A stretch of 64,000 bases of DNA from Snowella sp. (GTDB taxonomy: Bacteria; Cyanobacteriota; Cyanobacteriia; Cyanobacteriales; Microcystaceae). The notes beneath the pieces were generated by a model, which saw only the letters and a list, made by a program, of their open reading frames with translations, had not been told where the DNA came from and did no database searches. Every line of letters starts with the position of its first letter. Positions within the stretch are counted from its first letter, which is position 1. Location of the stretch: contig JAYKGY010000135.1 in NCBI GenBank assembly GCA_035285545.1, positions 16,874 through 80,873 of the forward strand. Reading direction: 5' to 3'. The position numbers and the translations under genes are program-made. This document shows, piece by piece, positions 39,402 to 49,145 of this stretch.

Positions 39402-40190
39402 ATGTTTAAAAAATTGAGTCATCAATCTCGGTTAAATTTAATTAAAAATATCGGGATTTTTCTAATTATTATTCTTGTCTATCGTTGGGCTTGGCAAGGC
39501 TTAAATATCGATGCGGCTATTATTGATAATGCCTTAAATTATGCCCAAACTTTTTTAAGTGATTTTTATCCTCCTGATTGGTCAGTTTTGGATTTAGCGA
39601 TCAAAGGATTGATTGAAACCGTTCAAATTTCCATTATTGGGACAACCTTGGGTGCAATGATGTCCTTGCCCATTGCGATCGCCAGTTCCCATAATCTTTC
39701 TCCGATTTGGCTACGTTGGAGTGCCAATTTTGTGCAGAATGCAATCCGCTCTATTCCCTCCATTGTCTTGGCACTTGTCTTTGTTGCAGCGGTCGGTTTA
39801 GGGGAAGTGTCTGGGATGTTAGCCGTTAGCGTTTACACCATCGGTTATTTAGCTAAATTTTATCAAGAGGCGATCGAATCCATTGATCCGAACTCTTTGG
39901 ATACCCTAAAAGTAACCGGAGCTTCTCGCTTTCAAATCGCCCAATATGGCATTTTCCCGCAGGTTTTACCCCTTTTTCTCGGCTATACCCTGTATATGTT
40001 CGAGTACAATATTCGGATTTCTTCCATTTTTGGCGTTGTCGGTGCAGGGGGGATTGGTTTTGAATTGGTGACCTATATTAATGGCTTTGAACGAACGAAA
40101 GCAGCAACTTTTATGATTGTTTTATTGGTCGTTGTTACCGCGATCGATGCCATTAGCAGTAAATTACGTCAAAAATTAGAATCGTTGTAA
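39402..40190 (+). CDS. phnE: Phosphonate ABC transporter permease
   Basis: FYPPDW, ETVQIS, RSIP, EAIESID and FEYNIRISSIFGVVGAGGIG motifs. Confidence 0.92.
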   Translation: MFKKLSHQSRLNLIKNIGIFLIIILVYRWAWQGLNIDAAIIDNALNYAQTFLSDFYPPDWSVLDLAIKGLIETVQISIIGTTLGAMMSLPIAIASSHNLSPIWLRWSANFVQNAIRSIPSIVLALVFVAAVGLGEVSGMLAVSVYTIGYLAKFYQEAIESIDPNSLDTLKVTGASRFQIAQYGIFPQVLPLFLGYTLYMFEYNIRISSIFGVVGAGGIGFELVTYINGFERTKAATFMIVLLVVVTAIDAISSKLRQKLESL

Positions 40191-40235
40191 TTAGTAGCTG
40201 TTTGCCATTAAATATCCAATTAAACATCAACTGTC

Positions 40236-40256
40236 AGATGGGCATCCTGTCCGTCT
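40236..40256. repeat. REP-like hairpin between convergent phnE and asnB-like genes
   Basis: AGATGGGCA-TCC-TGTCCGTCT pairs fully if G-U is allowed. Confidence 0.4.
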
Positions 40257-40421
40257 ATGGGCTAGCAGTTTCACCATTGAAGCATTAATTAAGCCCACTA
40301 AATTTCCGTAAACAGGAAATATTGAGCAAATTATTTAAAATTTTCATGATTTAACAATCAGATCAGGCATAAAACTCGGAAAAGCAGCAAAATAATACAA
40401 AAAACTATTTTTATCCCGACG

Positions 40422-41792
40422 CTAGGCATGTAGCTTTTTTAATAGGGCAGTTTCAATAGGCTTCAGTGTTAAATAGGCTCCATAGGCTTGATAATGGGGG
40501 GAATTCGCACCCGAACGGTACAATAAACCAGAAACCTTGGGCACATTCTCTAACTCTAGTAACATTCTGCGAAACAGACTCGGTTGCTGCAATTGTCGAT
40601 TAATCTGATTGACATAATCAGGCTCAATATAATCTGCTAATAAGGCTGTATTTAAGGGCTGTAATGGCACCTGTTTCCAGGCTTGAACATTTAAATTATT
40701 GAGGTAGGTTTTAGGCACATTTGAAGATTCGAGATCTAACCCATATTTTTGGAAAAATTCCTGTTGCCAAAGACGATTGGCTTTTCTTTCCGGAGGTAAT
40801 GTCAACATTGAAAGGGCAATATCCGGGACTAAAAAGGGTGACCAAGGTTTAAACCCAAAAGAGCGGGGAATTGTGCATAAATAGGACAGTAAAATAATTT
40901 TAAAACGAATCATTTCAATCATTCGGAAAACCGAGGAGTTTAATTTTTCTTGATTGTTTTGGTAATAATTTTCGAGTAACGCAGAGGATGTATTTTTAAA
41001 ACGACTGTAGCGCGAAGTTGCTTTTAACCCGTGACTATAGGACAAATACCGAATATCCGCTAAATTTTTAATCTCAGGAATAGTAACCTTGCCGGATAAA
41101 AGATCTCCGATAATTCCACTTAAAAAAGGATTATTCCCTTGTACCTTAGTTCTGATTTGCTGATAGAACTCGATATGGTACATGCCATGGGCATGGGTAG
41201 AAATGCCAAATTCTTGATCCCATTCATCAAAATAGCGATGGAAATTTCCCAACGAAATTCGTTCCCATTTTGTCCCTAAAGTTTGCGCGATCAGTTGGGC
41301 ATGAACTACTTCTACGGACTGGGCTTGATTGGTAGAAACCCCATAGGTAAAAGAACGAATTCTCGATTTATCATGGATTAATAAATTTAAAAGACGAGAA
41401 TCATAGCCTCCACTCGTGGGAATAATAATTTCTCCGTCAACGGAATTTTCCCATGCTTCAACTGCTGCTTTTAATCGTTCTAAAACTTCGCCTTCATCAG
41501 ATACTTTGTCTAGCCAATCTTCTACGGGATCGGGTAAATGTTCAATTAAAAAACTTCCATCATCTTGAACAGTTAATTGGGAAGAATATCGTAAAATCTT
41601 AACATTTTTAATGGGAGTTACTCCCAAAATTGAATATCCGCAATCTAAAAAATGATTAAAGCCTTCCTCATCAAATTCTAGGTTTTTAAAGTCAATGACA
41701 TCATTAATATTATAGGAAACTTGACGAGTTTTGAGGTTATAGAAAACAGGGCGAGAGCCTAGCCAATCTGTTTCATAAATAGTTTGTTTCAT
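40422..41792 (-). CDS. Asparagine-synthase-like ATP-dependent amide ligase lacking an intact glutaminase domain
   Basis: PP-loop SGGYDS; SFTYG; SGIIGD; N-terminal TDWLGSRPVFY; no N-terminal Cys. Confidence 0.7.
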   Translation of the reverse strand: MKQTIYETDWLGSRPVFYNLKTRQVSYNINDVIDFKNLEFDEEGFNHFLDCGYSILGVTPIKNVKILRYSSQLTVQDDGSFLIEHLPDPVEDWLDKVSDEGEVLERLKAAVEAWENSVDGEIIIPTSGGYDSRLLNLLIHDKSRIRSFTYGVSTNQAQSVEVVHAQLIAQTLGTKWERISLGNFHRYFDEWDQEFGISTHAHGMYHIEFYQQIRTKVQGNNPFLSGIIGDLLSGKVTIPEIKNLADIRYLSYSHGLKATSRYSRFKNTSSALLENYYQNNQEKLNSSVFRMIEMIRFKIILLSYLCTIPRSFGFKPWSPFLVPDIALSMLTLPPERKANRLWQQEFFQKYGLDLESSNVPKTYLNNLNVQAWKQVPLQPLNTALLADYIEPDYVNQINRQLQQPSLFRRMLLELENVPKVSGLLYRSGANSPHYQAYGAYLTLKPIETALLKKLHA

Positions 41793-42187
41793 ATTGAAGT
41801 TTTATCATTTTCTCATTAGGATAAAATAGGATCCAAAAAACGAACATACCTCGATTAAAATTTCAACTTACCAAACCATCATTAAATGCACGACTGGATT
41901 AGATATTTAACATTTTTGAATTGTTGAGTTTTAAGACTTTCGATTTTACCCGATATCTAACGAAATAGGGAATACCTAATGATGGCTTTTATCGGCAAAC
42001 AGATGATATCACAGAAATCGCTCGGCTTGGCTTGCATGGGCTTCCTTAGTGGTAGAATTTTTCGCGATCGCGCCGATTTGACTAGGCTTTTTCCCAGAGG
42101 AATGATTTTCTCGCTTCGGCTTAATGATCAGCGTCCCCTAAACATTGAATATTTGGGTTCTGCAAATAACTCAGGGGGGAATCTTGT

Positions 42188-42910
42188 TTAAGAGGGAATT
42201 ATCAAAGGAGTCTGCCTGCTGCGGTATAAATAATCATGAAAAGTGAATTGCTCAACTTCTTGATAATAGGGAGTCAGATATTCATCAATTTCCGCCTTTT
42301 GCTCGGTTTCAATCAAGATAAATTTAGGGCGATATTGACTAAAATCTAAGCCTTTTAAAACGGTCAGTTCTGCACCTTCAACATCCAAAGAAAATAAATC
42401 AATTTCTTGAATTTTGTATTCATCCAAAATTGAAGTTAGGGTTCGACAGGGAACATCGATTTGATAAGTGGAAGTATGTTTCGTTTCCCAAATCATTCCT
42501 TGAGCAATATGTTCATCTTCTTCTTGCTCATTTTTCCGGCTTAAGCCGCTTCCCAAAGACATCATATTGGCATACTTCATTGTCACCGTAGAATGGGGAT
42601 AATCCTCCGAAACTAAGGCACAATTCAACACAATAGATTCGGGTCTTTCTCGTACACATTCGTCATAAATTTCAGGAATTGGTTCAATTAAAATCCCTCT
42701 CCATTGACGTAATTTGGCCAAATAATAGGTATTGCTATATTGATAGCCATTGTTGGCTCCGACTTCAATATAAAATCCTTTTGGGTAGGGTAAATAGGGG
42801 AGTAATTTGAGATCCATTTGCTCAATGGCAGGACGAGAATAATAATCAACACCAATAGATTCCAAACAGCGACGGCGGAACCGAGAAAGTCTTCGTCGTA
42901 AGGTCGTCAT
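42188..42910 (-). CDS. FkbM-family SAM methyltransferase
   Basis: YIEVGANNG...SNT, W.GILIEP and IDLFSLDVEGAEL.VLKG motifs. Confidence 0.92.
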   Translation of the reverse strand: MTTLRRRLSRFRRRCLESIGVDYYSRPAIEQMDLKLLPYLPYPKGFYIEVGANNGYQYSNTYYLAKLRQWRGILIEPIPEIYDECVRERPESIVLNCALVSEDYPHSTVTMKYANMMSLGSGLSRKNEQEEDEHIAQGMIWETKHTSTYQIDVPCRTLTSILDEYKIQEIDLFSLDVEGAELTVLKGLDFSQYRPKFILIETEQKAEIDEYLTPYYQEVEQFTFHDYLYRSRQTPLIIPS

Positions 42911-42914
42911 AATT

Positions 42915-44276
42915 TTAATGTTTAGTAATCATCGCTCGAATTTGTTGGTAATACCAGAGATTTTGTTTGACTCTGAAGGGGATCAATAAAGCCCTTGTTA
43001 ACATCCAAAAGTTTTGGTGTAAAGGACGATAAATTAGAGAACTGAAGTAGCCCGCAATGGAATAGGAAACCATGGTCGCGATCGCGGCTCCAACGGCACC
43101 ATAGGAAGGAATCAAAAAATAGTTAAGAATAATATTGGTAATCATTCCTATCGAGGTTGTTGCAAAACTAAATCGGGTAAAATTTTCTGCCGTTAGGTAT
43201 TTTCCCAGGGCTACTCCCAGAAAAACAAACGGAAGGGACCAAATATGCCAAATTAAAATTGTGGCGGATTGGTGATATTCAGGCCCTAGCAAGGTATCTA
43301 CTAGAAAATTAGCTGTAAAACTAACCAAAATACTGATAATTAAAGACAACCAAACCATAAAATCGTAGAGTTGTTGTAAGCGTTCGAGATATTCAGTGTT
43401 GCTTCTTTGTCTTGCCCGTAAAATGGTAGGAAAAACCGATGAACAAATAATGACAGGAATAAAATACCATACTTCTGAAAAACGAATTGCTGCGGCGTAA
43501 TCTCCGACGGCTTGCAAACTGGCCATATTTCCTAGCATGATTTGATCAATTCTCATATAAATTGTTACCATTAAGCTAGATAAAATGAGGGGCCAAGAAT
43601 CTTTAAGAAGAGACTTTATTTGATATTTATTAATTCTCCAATTAAACCAGCTTTGTTTTTGATTTTTGTAGGCACCTAGCATCCCCAAGATTTTCATTAA
43701 CCCATCAATACATAAGATCCAAGCAAAGCTAATAATAGAGAATTGAAAATGAATAAAAATAACCTTAATCAGAGAACTAATAATCAGTTGAAGGCTGCGA
43801 ACAAAGGCCATATAGCCTGCTAAAACTCTGGCTTGGAACCAAAAGTCAATGACATCAAAAGTACTAAATGACAAACTTAGTGCAACAATCCAAACTAAGA
43901 TTTGAGTTTCTTGATTTTTTGTGGTAAAAATAATAGATGTTGCGGCTAAAAAAATCGTTAAGCCCGTTGCATAAAGTTTCAAAATAAACGCTGTCCCTAA
44001 AATTTCAAAGCTTAGGGATTCTTGAACAATCAGGTTACGGATAACAATGGGTTCCAACCCTAATTTCGCGATCGCCTCAAATAGACCTACATAACTAATG
44101 GCATAGCTAAACTGTCCAAATATTGTCGGCCCAAAATAACGAATCACATAAATATTAATAACTAAGGAAATCACCATCGACAAAAGGCGTTCCCCTAATA
44201 ACCAACTAAAATTATTAAAAATTTTTCGGAGTCCTGGACTCAGACGCTGGCTAATCAGAGCAAGGTAATTTTGCAC
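42915..44276 (-). CDS. Wzx-type polysaccharide flippase
   Basis: NFSW, RYFGP..FG, SWPL, IYMRIDQIMLG, G.YAAA.R and LIP.YGAVGAAIAT motifs; multi-TM. Confidence 0.9.
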   Translation of the reverse strand: MQNYLALISQRLSPGLRKIFNNFSWLLGERLLSMVISLVINIYVIRYFGPTIFGQFSYAISYVGLFEAIAKLGLEPIVIRNLIVQESLSFEILGTAFILKLYATGLTIFLAATSIIFTTKNQETQILVWIVALSLSFSTFDVIDFWFQARVLAGYMAFVRSLQLIISSLIKVIFIHFQFSIISFAWILCIDGLMKILGMLGAYKNQKQSWFNWRINKYQIKSLLKDSWPLILSSLMVTIYMRIDQIMLGNMASLQAVGDYAAAIRFSEVWYFIPVIICSSVFPTILRARQRSNTEYLERLQQLYDFMVWLSLIISILVSFTANFLVDTLLGPEYHQSATILIWHIWSLPFVFLGVALGKYLTAENFTRFSFATTSIGMITNIILNYFLIPSYGAVGAAIATMVSYSIAGYFSSLIYRPLHQNFWMLTRALLIPFRVKQNLWYYQQIRAMITKH

Positions 44277-44378
44277 ACAGACATTTCCTATTACATTAAT
44301 CCAGATTTAATGGCTAATCTTACTACATTTCAGGAATTCTTATGAATTAAGTTTGTTGCAGTTCCTTAGCAATGAAGA

Positions 44379-44667
44379 TAGGACTTACGCATTGTTAAAA
44401 AGAATGGAATAGGCAGTCATCAAGCTCAAGAAAAGGAAGTCTCACTTCAAGAATCAATTGACAAATTATGGGAATAAATCGCTGACGTGAAACCGTATAG
44501 AGATTAGGGATTCAGTCATCGAGCTGTAGATTCTGCACAGGAGAAAAAGCACGAACGAACAAAAGAAATGGTTAGGGATAGCTTGGGTATTTCTCTCGCA
44601 AAATTTTTCAATCTTACCGATCTGTTTGGTAATTCGATGAAAAGTCTCAATTTTCCAGTGTTGGTCA
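44379..44667 (-). pseudogene. Degenerate 3' remnant of an IS701-family transposase with terminal repeat
   Basis: HWKIETFHRITKQIGKIEKF..RN..AI.NHFFC, then after a frameshift RAF...NLY.VSRQ.FIPII.Q.IL with an internal stop. Ends in TAGGACTTACGCA (44379-44391). Confidence 0.7.
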
Positions 44668-45105
44668 TCTCGACGCGCGATCGCCGATAGCGGCAAAGGA
44701 TTTTGTTCCAAAAATAGCTTCGTAATGACGGTAGAACTTGAATTCTAGATAGTTAGAAAAAGGGTCTTCTAGAAAAAAGGTTCCATGTTCCGTAATTTCT
44801 CCCACAAAACGCCATTTAGGAGCAATAAAAAAAGAAATTCCTTGGGCTTTAACCCGTTCGGCTAAGGCTTGCCAATGGGCTTCTTCCAAAAAAATTAAGC
44901 CAAAATGACGGGGATAAATGCCTTTTTGTTTAATTAACGGTTCATCGGTAATATGGGCGACCACTTGATGGCCATAAACGTTGAGAATCAAGGCTTTATC
45001 GGTTTCTCGGCCTGCCTCACAGCCTAAGCGATCGCAGTAAAAGGTTTTTGCTTGCTGAATATCGTTGATAGGAATGGCTAAATGAAAAATCGTTGAATTA
45101 TTCAT
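44665..45105 (-). CDS. VOC / glyoxalase family protein
   Basis: FHLAIP, FY...LGC, GHQVVAH, PRHFG and FLEDPF.N.LEFK motifs. Confidence 0.9.
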   Translation of the reverse strand: MNNSTIFHLAIPINDIQQAKTFYCDRLGCEAGRETDKALILNVYGHQVVAHITDEPLIKQKGIYPRHFGLIFLEEAHWQALAERVKAQGISFFIAPKWRFVGEITEHGTFFLEDPFSNYLEFKFYRHYEAIFGTKSFAAIGDRASR

Positions 45106-45173
45106 GACCCCAGCTTTTCCAGAAATGACTTCATAATAGCCCGCGATCGCAGAAACTGAGCTTATACCAACCT

Positions 45174-46166
45174 TTAATTATGAACACGACCATCGGGCAT
45201 GGTGGCTCCTCGGAAATTAACCCCGGCCATATTGGCACTCATCACATCAGCGCGGCTTAAATTGGCATTGGTAAAATTAGCCCCCATTAAGTTCGCTCTG
45301 GCTAAAAAGGCTTCGATCAATTCTGCCTCGGTTAGATTCGCCCCCGATAAATTGGCTCGACTGAGATCGGCGTGATTCATACGGGTTGCCGTTAAGGTTG
45401 CTTGACTTAAATTCGCTTGCGTTAAATTCACATGGGTCATAATCGCTCCTTGAAAATTCACGCCCATCATTTCGCATTGGGAACATTGGGTTCTAACTAA
45501 ATTGGCATTGGTTAAATTCGCGCCCACTAAGCGTGCCCCCGTTAAATTGGCATCCGTTAATAAGGCTCCTTGGAGATTGGCGTTGGTCAGATCCACTTTT
45601 CTGAGATCCGCATCCCGCAAATTCGCTTCCTTGAGATTGGCCCCGCTTAAATTGGCTCGGCTCAGATCAACGCCCTTCATATTAGCTCCTTGAAGATCAG
45701 CCCGCCCAAAGTCAGCCGCTTGCAAGTTGGTGTAATAACTTTTTTTCTCCTGACGCATATTGGCTCCCCGCAGACAGGCTCCGGTTAAAGTTGCGCCGCT
45801 TAAATCCGATCCCCGCAAATCAGCCCCAATCAAATTGGCATCTAACAGCATCGCCAGGGTAATATCGCTATCTTTTAAAACTGCCCCTTGTAGTAAGGCA
45901 CCGTGTAAATTAGCACCCCGCAAATCGGCTCCACTTAAATCCGCCTGGTTTAAACTGGCTCCGGCTAAATTGGCTCCGACTAAATTCGCTTGAGACAAAT
46001 TTGCCCGATTGAGATAGGTAAATAGTAAATTGGCATTATGCAAATCGGCTTCTGTCAACACAATACCAATCAAATCCGCCCCTGCTAAATTAATTCCAGG
46101 TAGCTTCAGCCCAATAAATAATTTTTCCCCTGCACTATAACGTTGAATTAACTCATTTGCATTCAT
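45174..46166 (-). CDS. Pentapeptide repeat protein
   Basis: Continuous A(N/D)LxG repeats; N-terminal ELIQRYSAGE; C-terminal ATMPDG. Confidence 0.95.
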   Translation of the reverse strand: MNANELIQRYSAGEKLFIGLKLPGINLAGADLIGIVLTEADLHNANLLFTYLNRANLSQANLVGANLAGASLNQADLSGADLRGANLHGALLQGAVLKDSDITLAMLLDANLIGADLRGSDLSGATLTGACLRGANMRQEKKSYYTNLQAADFGRADLQGANMKGVDLSRANLSGANLKEANLRDADLRKVDLTNANLQGALLTDANLTGARLVGANLTNANLVRTQCSQCEMMGVNFQGAIMTHVNLTQANLSQATLTATRMNHADLSRANLSGANLTEAELIEAFLARANLMGANFTNANLSRADVMSANMAGVNFRGATMPDGRVHN

Positions 46167-46183
46167 AGGATTTTAAAAGGTCG

Positions 46184-47362
46184 TTAAAAGGCCGATTTAA
46201 GGGATTGAACAACAGTACCTGCCGTTTGTAAATAGGATTCGGTATCGGAAAAAGTTTTAGCTTGGGTGTAGAGTTTACTTTCGATTTCGGTCATGGTTTT
46301 TCCGCTGATGAGCACCTGTTCGATTAAATCGCCTAAGCCGTAGCCTCTGAGCATATCCCAATCCTTTCCTTGCTTGTCCCAACTGTGAAATAGAATGGAA
46401 AACAGCAGGATTTTGGCCCGTAGTGGGTTGGTGTATTGCATGATCTCTAAGCGCATTTCAAAGAGATTATAGGTTTTGAGCGTTACGCCAGGGGCGGGGG
46501 TATCAAGATTGGAGGAAGATTTTAAAACGGTGGCAATGGGTTCGGCGTTGATGTCAATAATCGAGGTTTGAATGTCTCGCTGACGATTGGCGTTAACCAG
46601 GGCCAAGGGTTTATCGGTTTGTAAAATTTGTGTTTTGAGAATTTGGCTTTTTTGTCCCTCTTCTACGGATTCGTCTGCATCAAAGTTGTCGTATAAACAA
46701 TCCATTTGGGATAGGATCAGGTTCGCGATCGCGAGATACAGGGTTTGCTTATTTATATTAGCGACTAATTGATTAAAAACCGATTGAATTTCCCCTTTAG
46801 TGGGGTACATATCGCGGAGTTCGACAATCAAATTTTTCACCCCATATTGGGTAATCACTGCGGGATCATTTTCCCAGGCATCCTTACAAGCAGCGTAGAG
46901 GAGCTTAATCATACGGCTAGACTCCGAATGATTAGTCAGTTTATGGGCAATTTGTTCCGCTAAAAAATCTTGATCAACAATCTGGGTTTCTTTTTTACTA
47001 AAAGATTGATTTAAAACCGTTAAGTCTCCCTCCGCCGCCTGTTGTTGCTGACTGCTTTTGGAAATCTGCTGATAAACGGGGCCCAATTGATCCAAAATTA
47101 ATTTGGCAACGCCTGCATAAACCTTCGGCCGATTTAAGGTTTTGACCAACTTATACATAGAGAAAGTTAATTGCTCAATGGTGGGTTTTGCCTGCACCAA
47201 CTCCAACAATAACTGCTCCAAGGAAATACTATTAATAACGTTTGGGTCATTTTCCCAATATTTTTTACAGAGACAAAACGTGAGTTTCTGAATTCTCTGG
47301 GCTTCTGTATGCTCTTCTAAATAGCGGGCGACTGGGGTGAATAACTCAGGTGATAAGGCCAT
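46184..47362 (-). CDS. Hypothetical protein with three internal helical repeats
   Basis: R..KL....CK..WENDP repeated twice plus a degenerate third copy. Likely start is MALSPEL at 47362. Confidence 0.75.
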   Translation of the reverse strand: MALSPELFTPVARYLEEHTEAQRIQKLTFCLCKKYWENDPNVINSISLEQLLLELVQAKPTIEQLTFSMYKLVKTLNRPKVYAGVAKLILDQLGPVYQQISKSSQQQQAAEGDLTVLNQSFSKKETQIVDQDFLAEQIAHKLTNHSESSRMIKLLYAACKDAWENDPAVITQYGVKNLIVELRDMYPTKGEIQSVFNQLVANINKQTLYLAIANLILSQMDCLYDNFDADESVEEGQKSQILKTQILQTDKPLALVNANRQRDIQTSIIDINAEPIATVLKSSSNLDTPAPGVTLKTYNLFEMRLEIMQYTNPLRAKILLFSILFHSWDKQGKDWDMLRGYGLGDLIEQVLISGKTMTEIESKLYTQAKTFSDTESYLQTAGTVVQSLKSAF

Positions 47363-47688
47363 GATTTTCTCTAATGACTCCCAAACCAATGGATTAAATA
47401 CCGATAGGCGCGATGGTATTTTCTTCTGCCTAGAAATAGGAGCAAAAACTCTACATTTACTATAGTACCCAAAATAAGAGATTTCATTAACACATCGATT
47501 AAAGTTTGAATTGGAATCCCATTAACTTCTTTTTTCACCTATTAAACACTTTGACTCGTTAAAATTTTTAAGGAATTCTTTAGTCAGTTGTTTGACCCGT
47601 TTCAGCGAAGTAAAATCATTTGATGAAAATATCAAAAATAACCTTTGGGCGGTAAACAATTTACTTAAAAATCCCCGCTCAAAAAAAT

Positions 47689-47704
47689 CGTGATTTAAAA
47701 CACA
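47689..47704. promoter_or_regulatory. CRP-like box
   Basis: CGTGA-TTTAAA-ACACA versus TGTGA-N6-TCACA. Confidence 0.4.
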
Positions 47705-47755
47705 CTACAAGTATGATCTCAATCATTTTAATCTGTAATATCAATAACTTGATAT

Positions 47756-47771
47756 TGTAAAATTTACTACA
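47756..47771. promoter_or_regulatory. NtcA-like box
   Basis: TGTA-AAATTTAC-TACA is an exact GTA-N8-TAC with T/A flanks. Confidence 0.4.
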
Positions 47772-47977
47772 AAATTAAAATTTTGCCAGCACTTTTTTGG
47801 GTTTATAGCTTTTACGTTCTGTAGAACTTTGATGAAGTGACTTTTTTAAAAGATAGTCAAAGAAAATTGACAAATAGCTGCAAAACTGAGGGCTTTAATA
47901 GACTTTTTTTCCGTATTTCTTCAAAATAATCATCAAAATAATTACCTTATTTATCCCAAAAATAAAACTTATCATTT

Positions 47978-47993
47978 TGTGATTTTGATCATT
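47978..47993. promoter_or_regulatory. CRP-like box
   Basis: TGTGA-TTTTGA-TCATT; upstream of the minor-pilin operon. Confidence 0.4.
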
Positions 47994-48067
47994 GCAAATT
48001 AATTTTATCCATGATGTAATAGGCAATATACAGATTAAATAATATTTGTGTGGTTATTCCCATTTAT

Positions 48068-48091
48068 CTATAAGTATCTAGCTACTTATAG
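48068..48091. repeat. Near-perfect 24-bp palindrome
   Basis: CTATAAGTA-TCTAGC-TACTTATAG. Confidence 0.8.
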
Positions 48092-48307
48092 TGTTTATTT
48101 TCTATTGGCTGATAACAAGAAATTCGAGCAATGATTTTTCGTGGGTCTTTTATTTTTTTAGCATAATCTTGATATTTTGATTTCACACCTAGTACTTATA
48201 AATGTCTTGCAAATACCTGTCTTTAAGGCTTTTAGTGTATAAATAGACTCTAAATTCTTTCGTGATTCATATCGTGAATAAAAATTAAAAAGCCAAAATT
48301 AAGTACT

Positions 48308-49099
48308 ATGAAAAATCAACCAATTCTTTTGATCTGTAAGAAATTTTTTCAAAAAAATCAGACAAAAAAAGCATCGATTTTACCAAGTGGCTATACGTTA
48401 CTTGAGTTATTAATTTTCTGCTCCATGCTCGGTATTTTCGCAGCCTTAGTGGTTAATGCTAAACCTTGGTATGAAAATCCTTTAGGCAATAATCGCGATC
48501 AAATTGTCGGTATTTTGAAGCTGGTACGAGTACGGGCAATGGCAACAACCTCAACCTATCGAATTAGACCCGATCCAGTTAATCCAAACCAAAAATTACA
48601 AGTTGAGTTAACCAAAAGTGGCAGTTGCCAAGCGATCGCTCAACTGACAGCCGAGGCTTTAGCAACCACAACAGAATTAAGCGTAACTAATACGAATGAT
48701 TTTGCGGTAGGAGATGCGATTCAAGTGGGGACAGATGCCCAAAACAATAATATTGTCTCGATTAATCCTGATATTTTAACCCTTACACTAGGGCAACCCT
48801 TAGGAACGGATCAGGTCGAGAATGCTACGGTTGTCATGCTTAAAAATTGGGTCAATGAAAGTCTTTTTTTTCCAGAAGATTTGATGCTTGCTTCAGACAT
48901 AACGATGTCAGGAAAAAACGCGGCAACGTCTCAACCGATTGATTGGACAATTTGTGTGAATAGTCGAGGCTTTATCACACTTTTTGACGCAAATACCACC
49001 GTGAATGCCAATCTAGAGTTGACTTTAATGAATTCTCGAACCAATGAAACTCAAACTATTACGGTTTATCCGGGGGGCGCAATTAGTGTTCCTGAATAA
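48308..49099 (+). CDS. Type IV minor pilin, FimU/PilA9-like
   Basis: Basic leader, then G|YTLLELLI class III signal with E5 and a hydrophobic helix. Confidence 0.8.
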   Translation: MKNQPILLICKKFFQKNQTKKASILPSGYTLLELLIFCSMLGIFAALVVNAKPWYENPLGNNRDQIVGILKLVRVRAMATTSTYRIRPDPVNPNQKLQVELTKSGSCQAIAQLTAEALATTTELSVTNTNDFAVGDAIQVGTDAQNNNIVSINPDILTLTLGQPLGTDQVENATVVMLKNWVNESLFFPEDLMLASDITMSGKNAATSQPIDWTICVNSRGFITLFDANTTVNANLELTLMNSRTNETQTITVYPGGAISVPE

Positions 49100-49145
49100 C
49101 TGAGTGGATTTCTATCGCTATCAAGACTCATTCTGTGAGGATTTT

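Noticed and set aside
41979..42191. 70-aa plus-strand ORF between the asnB-like and fkbM genes
   Set aside because: Opposite strand to the cassette, with no motif. It cannot be supported.
45277..45993. Several short repetitive ORFs and periodic DNA resembling an array
   Set aside because: The 15-bp periodicity comes from pentapeptide codons. There are no identical repeats with unique spacers, so this is not CRISPR.
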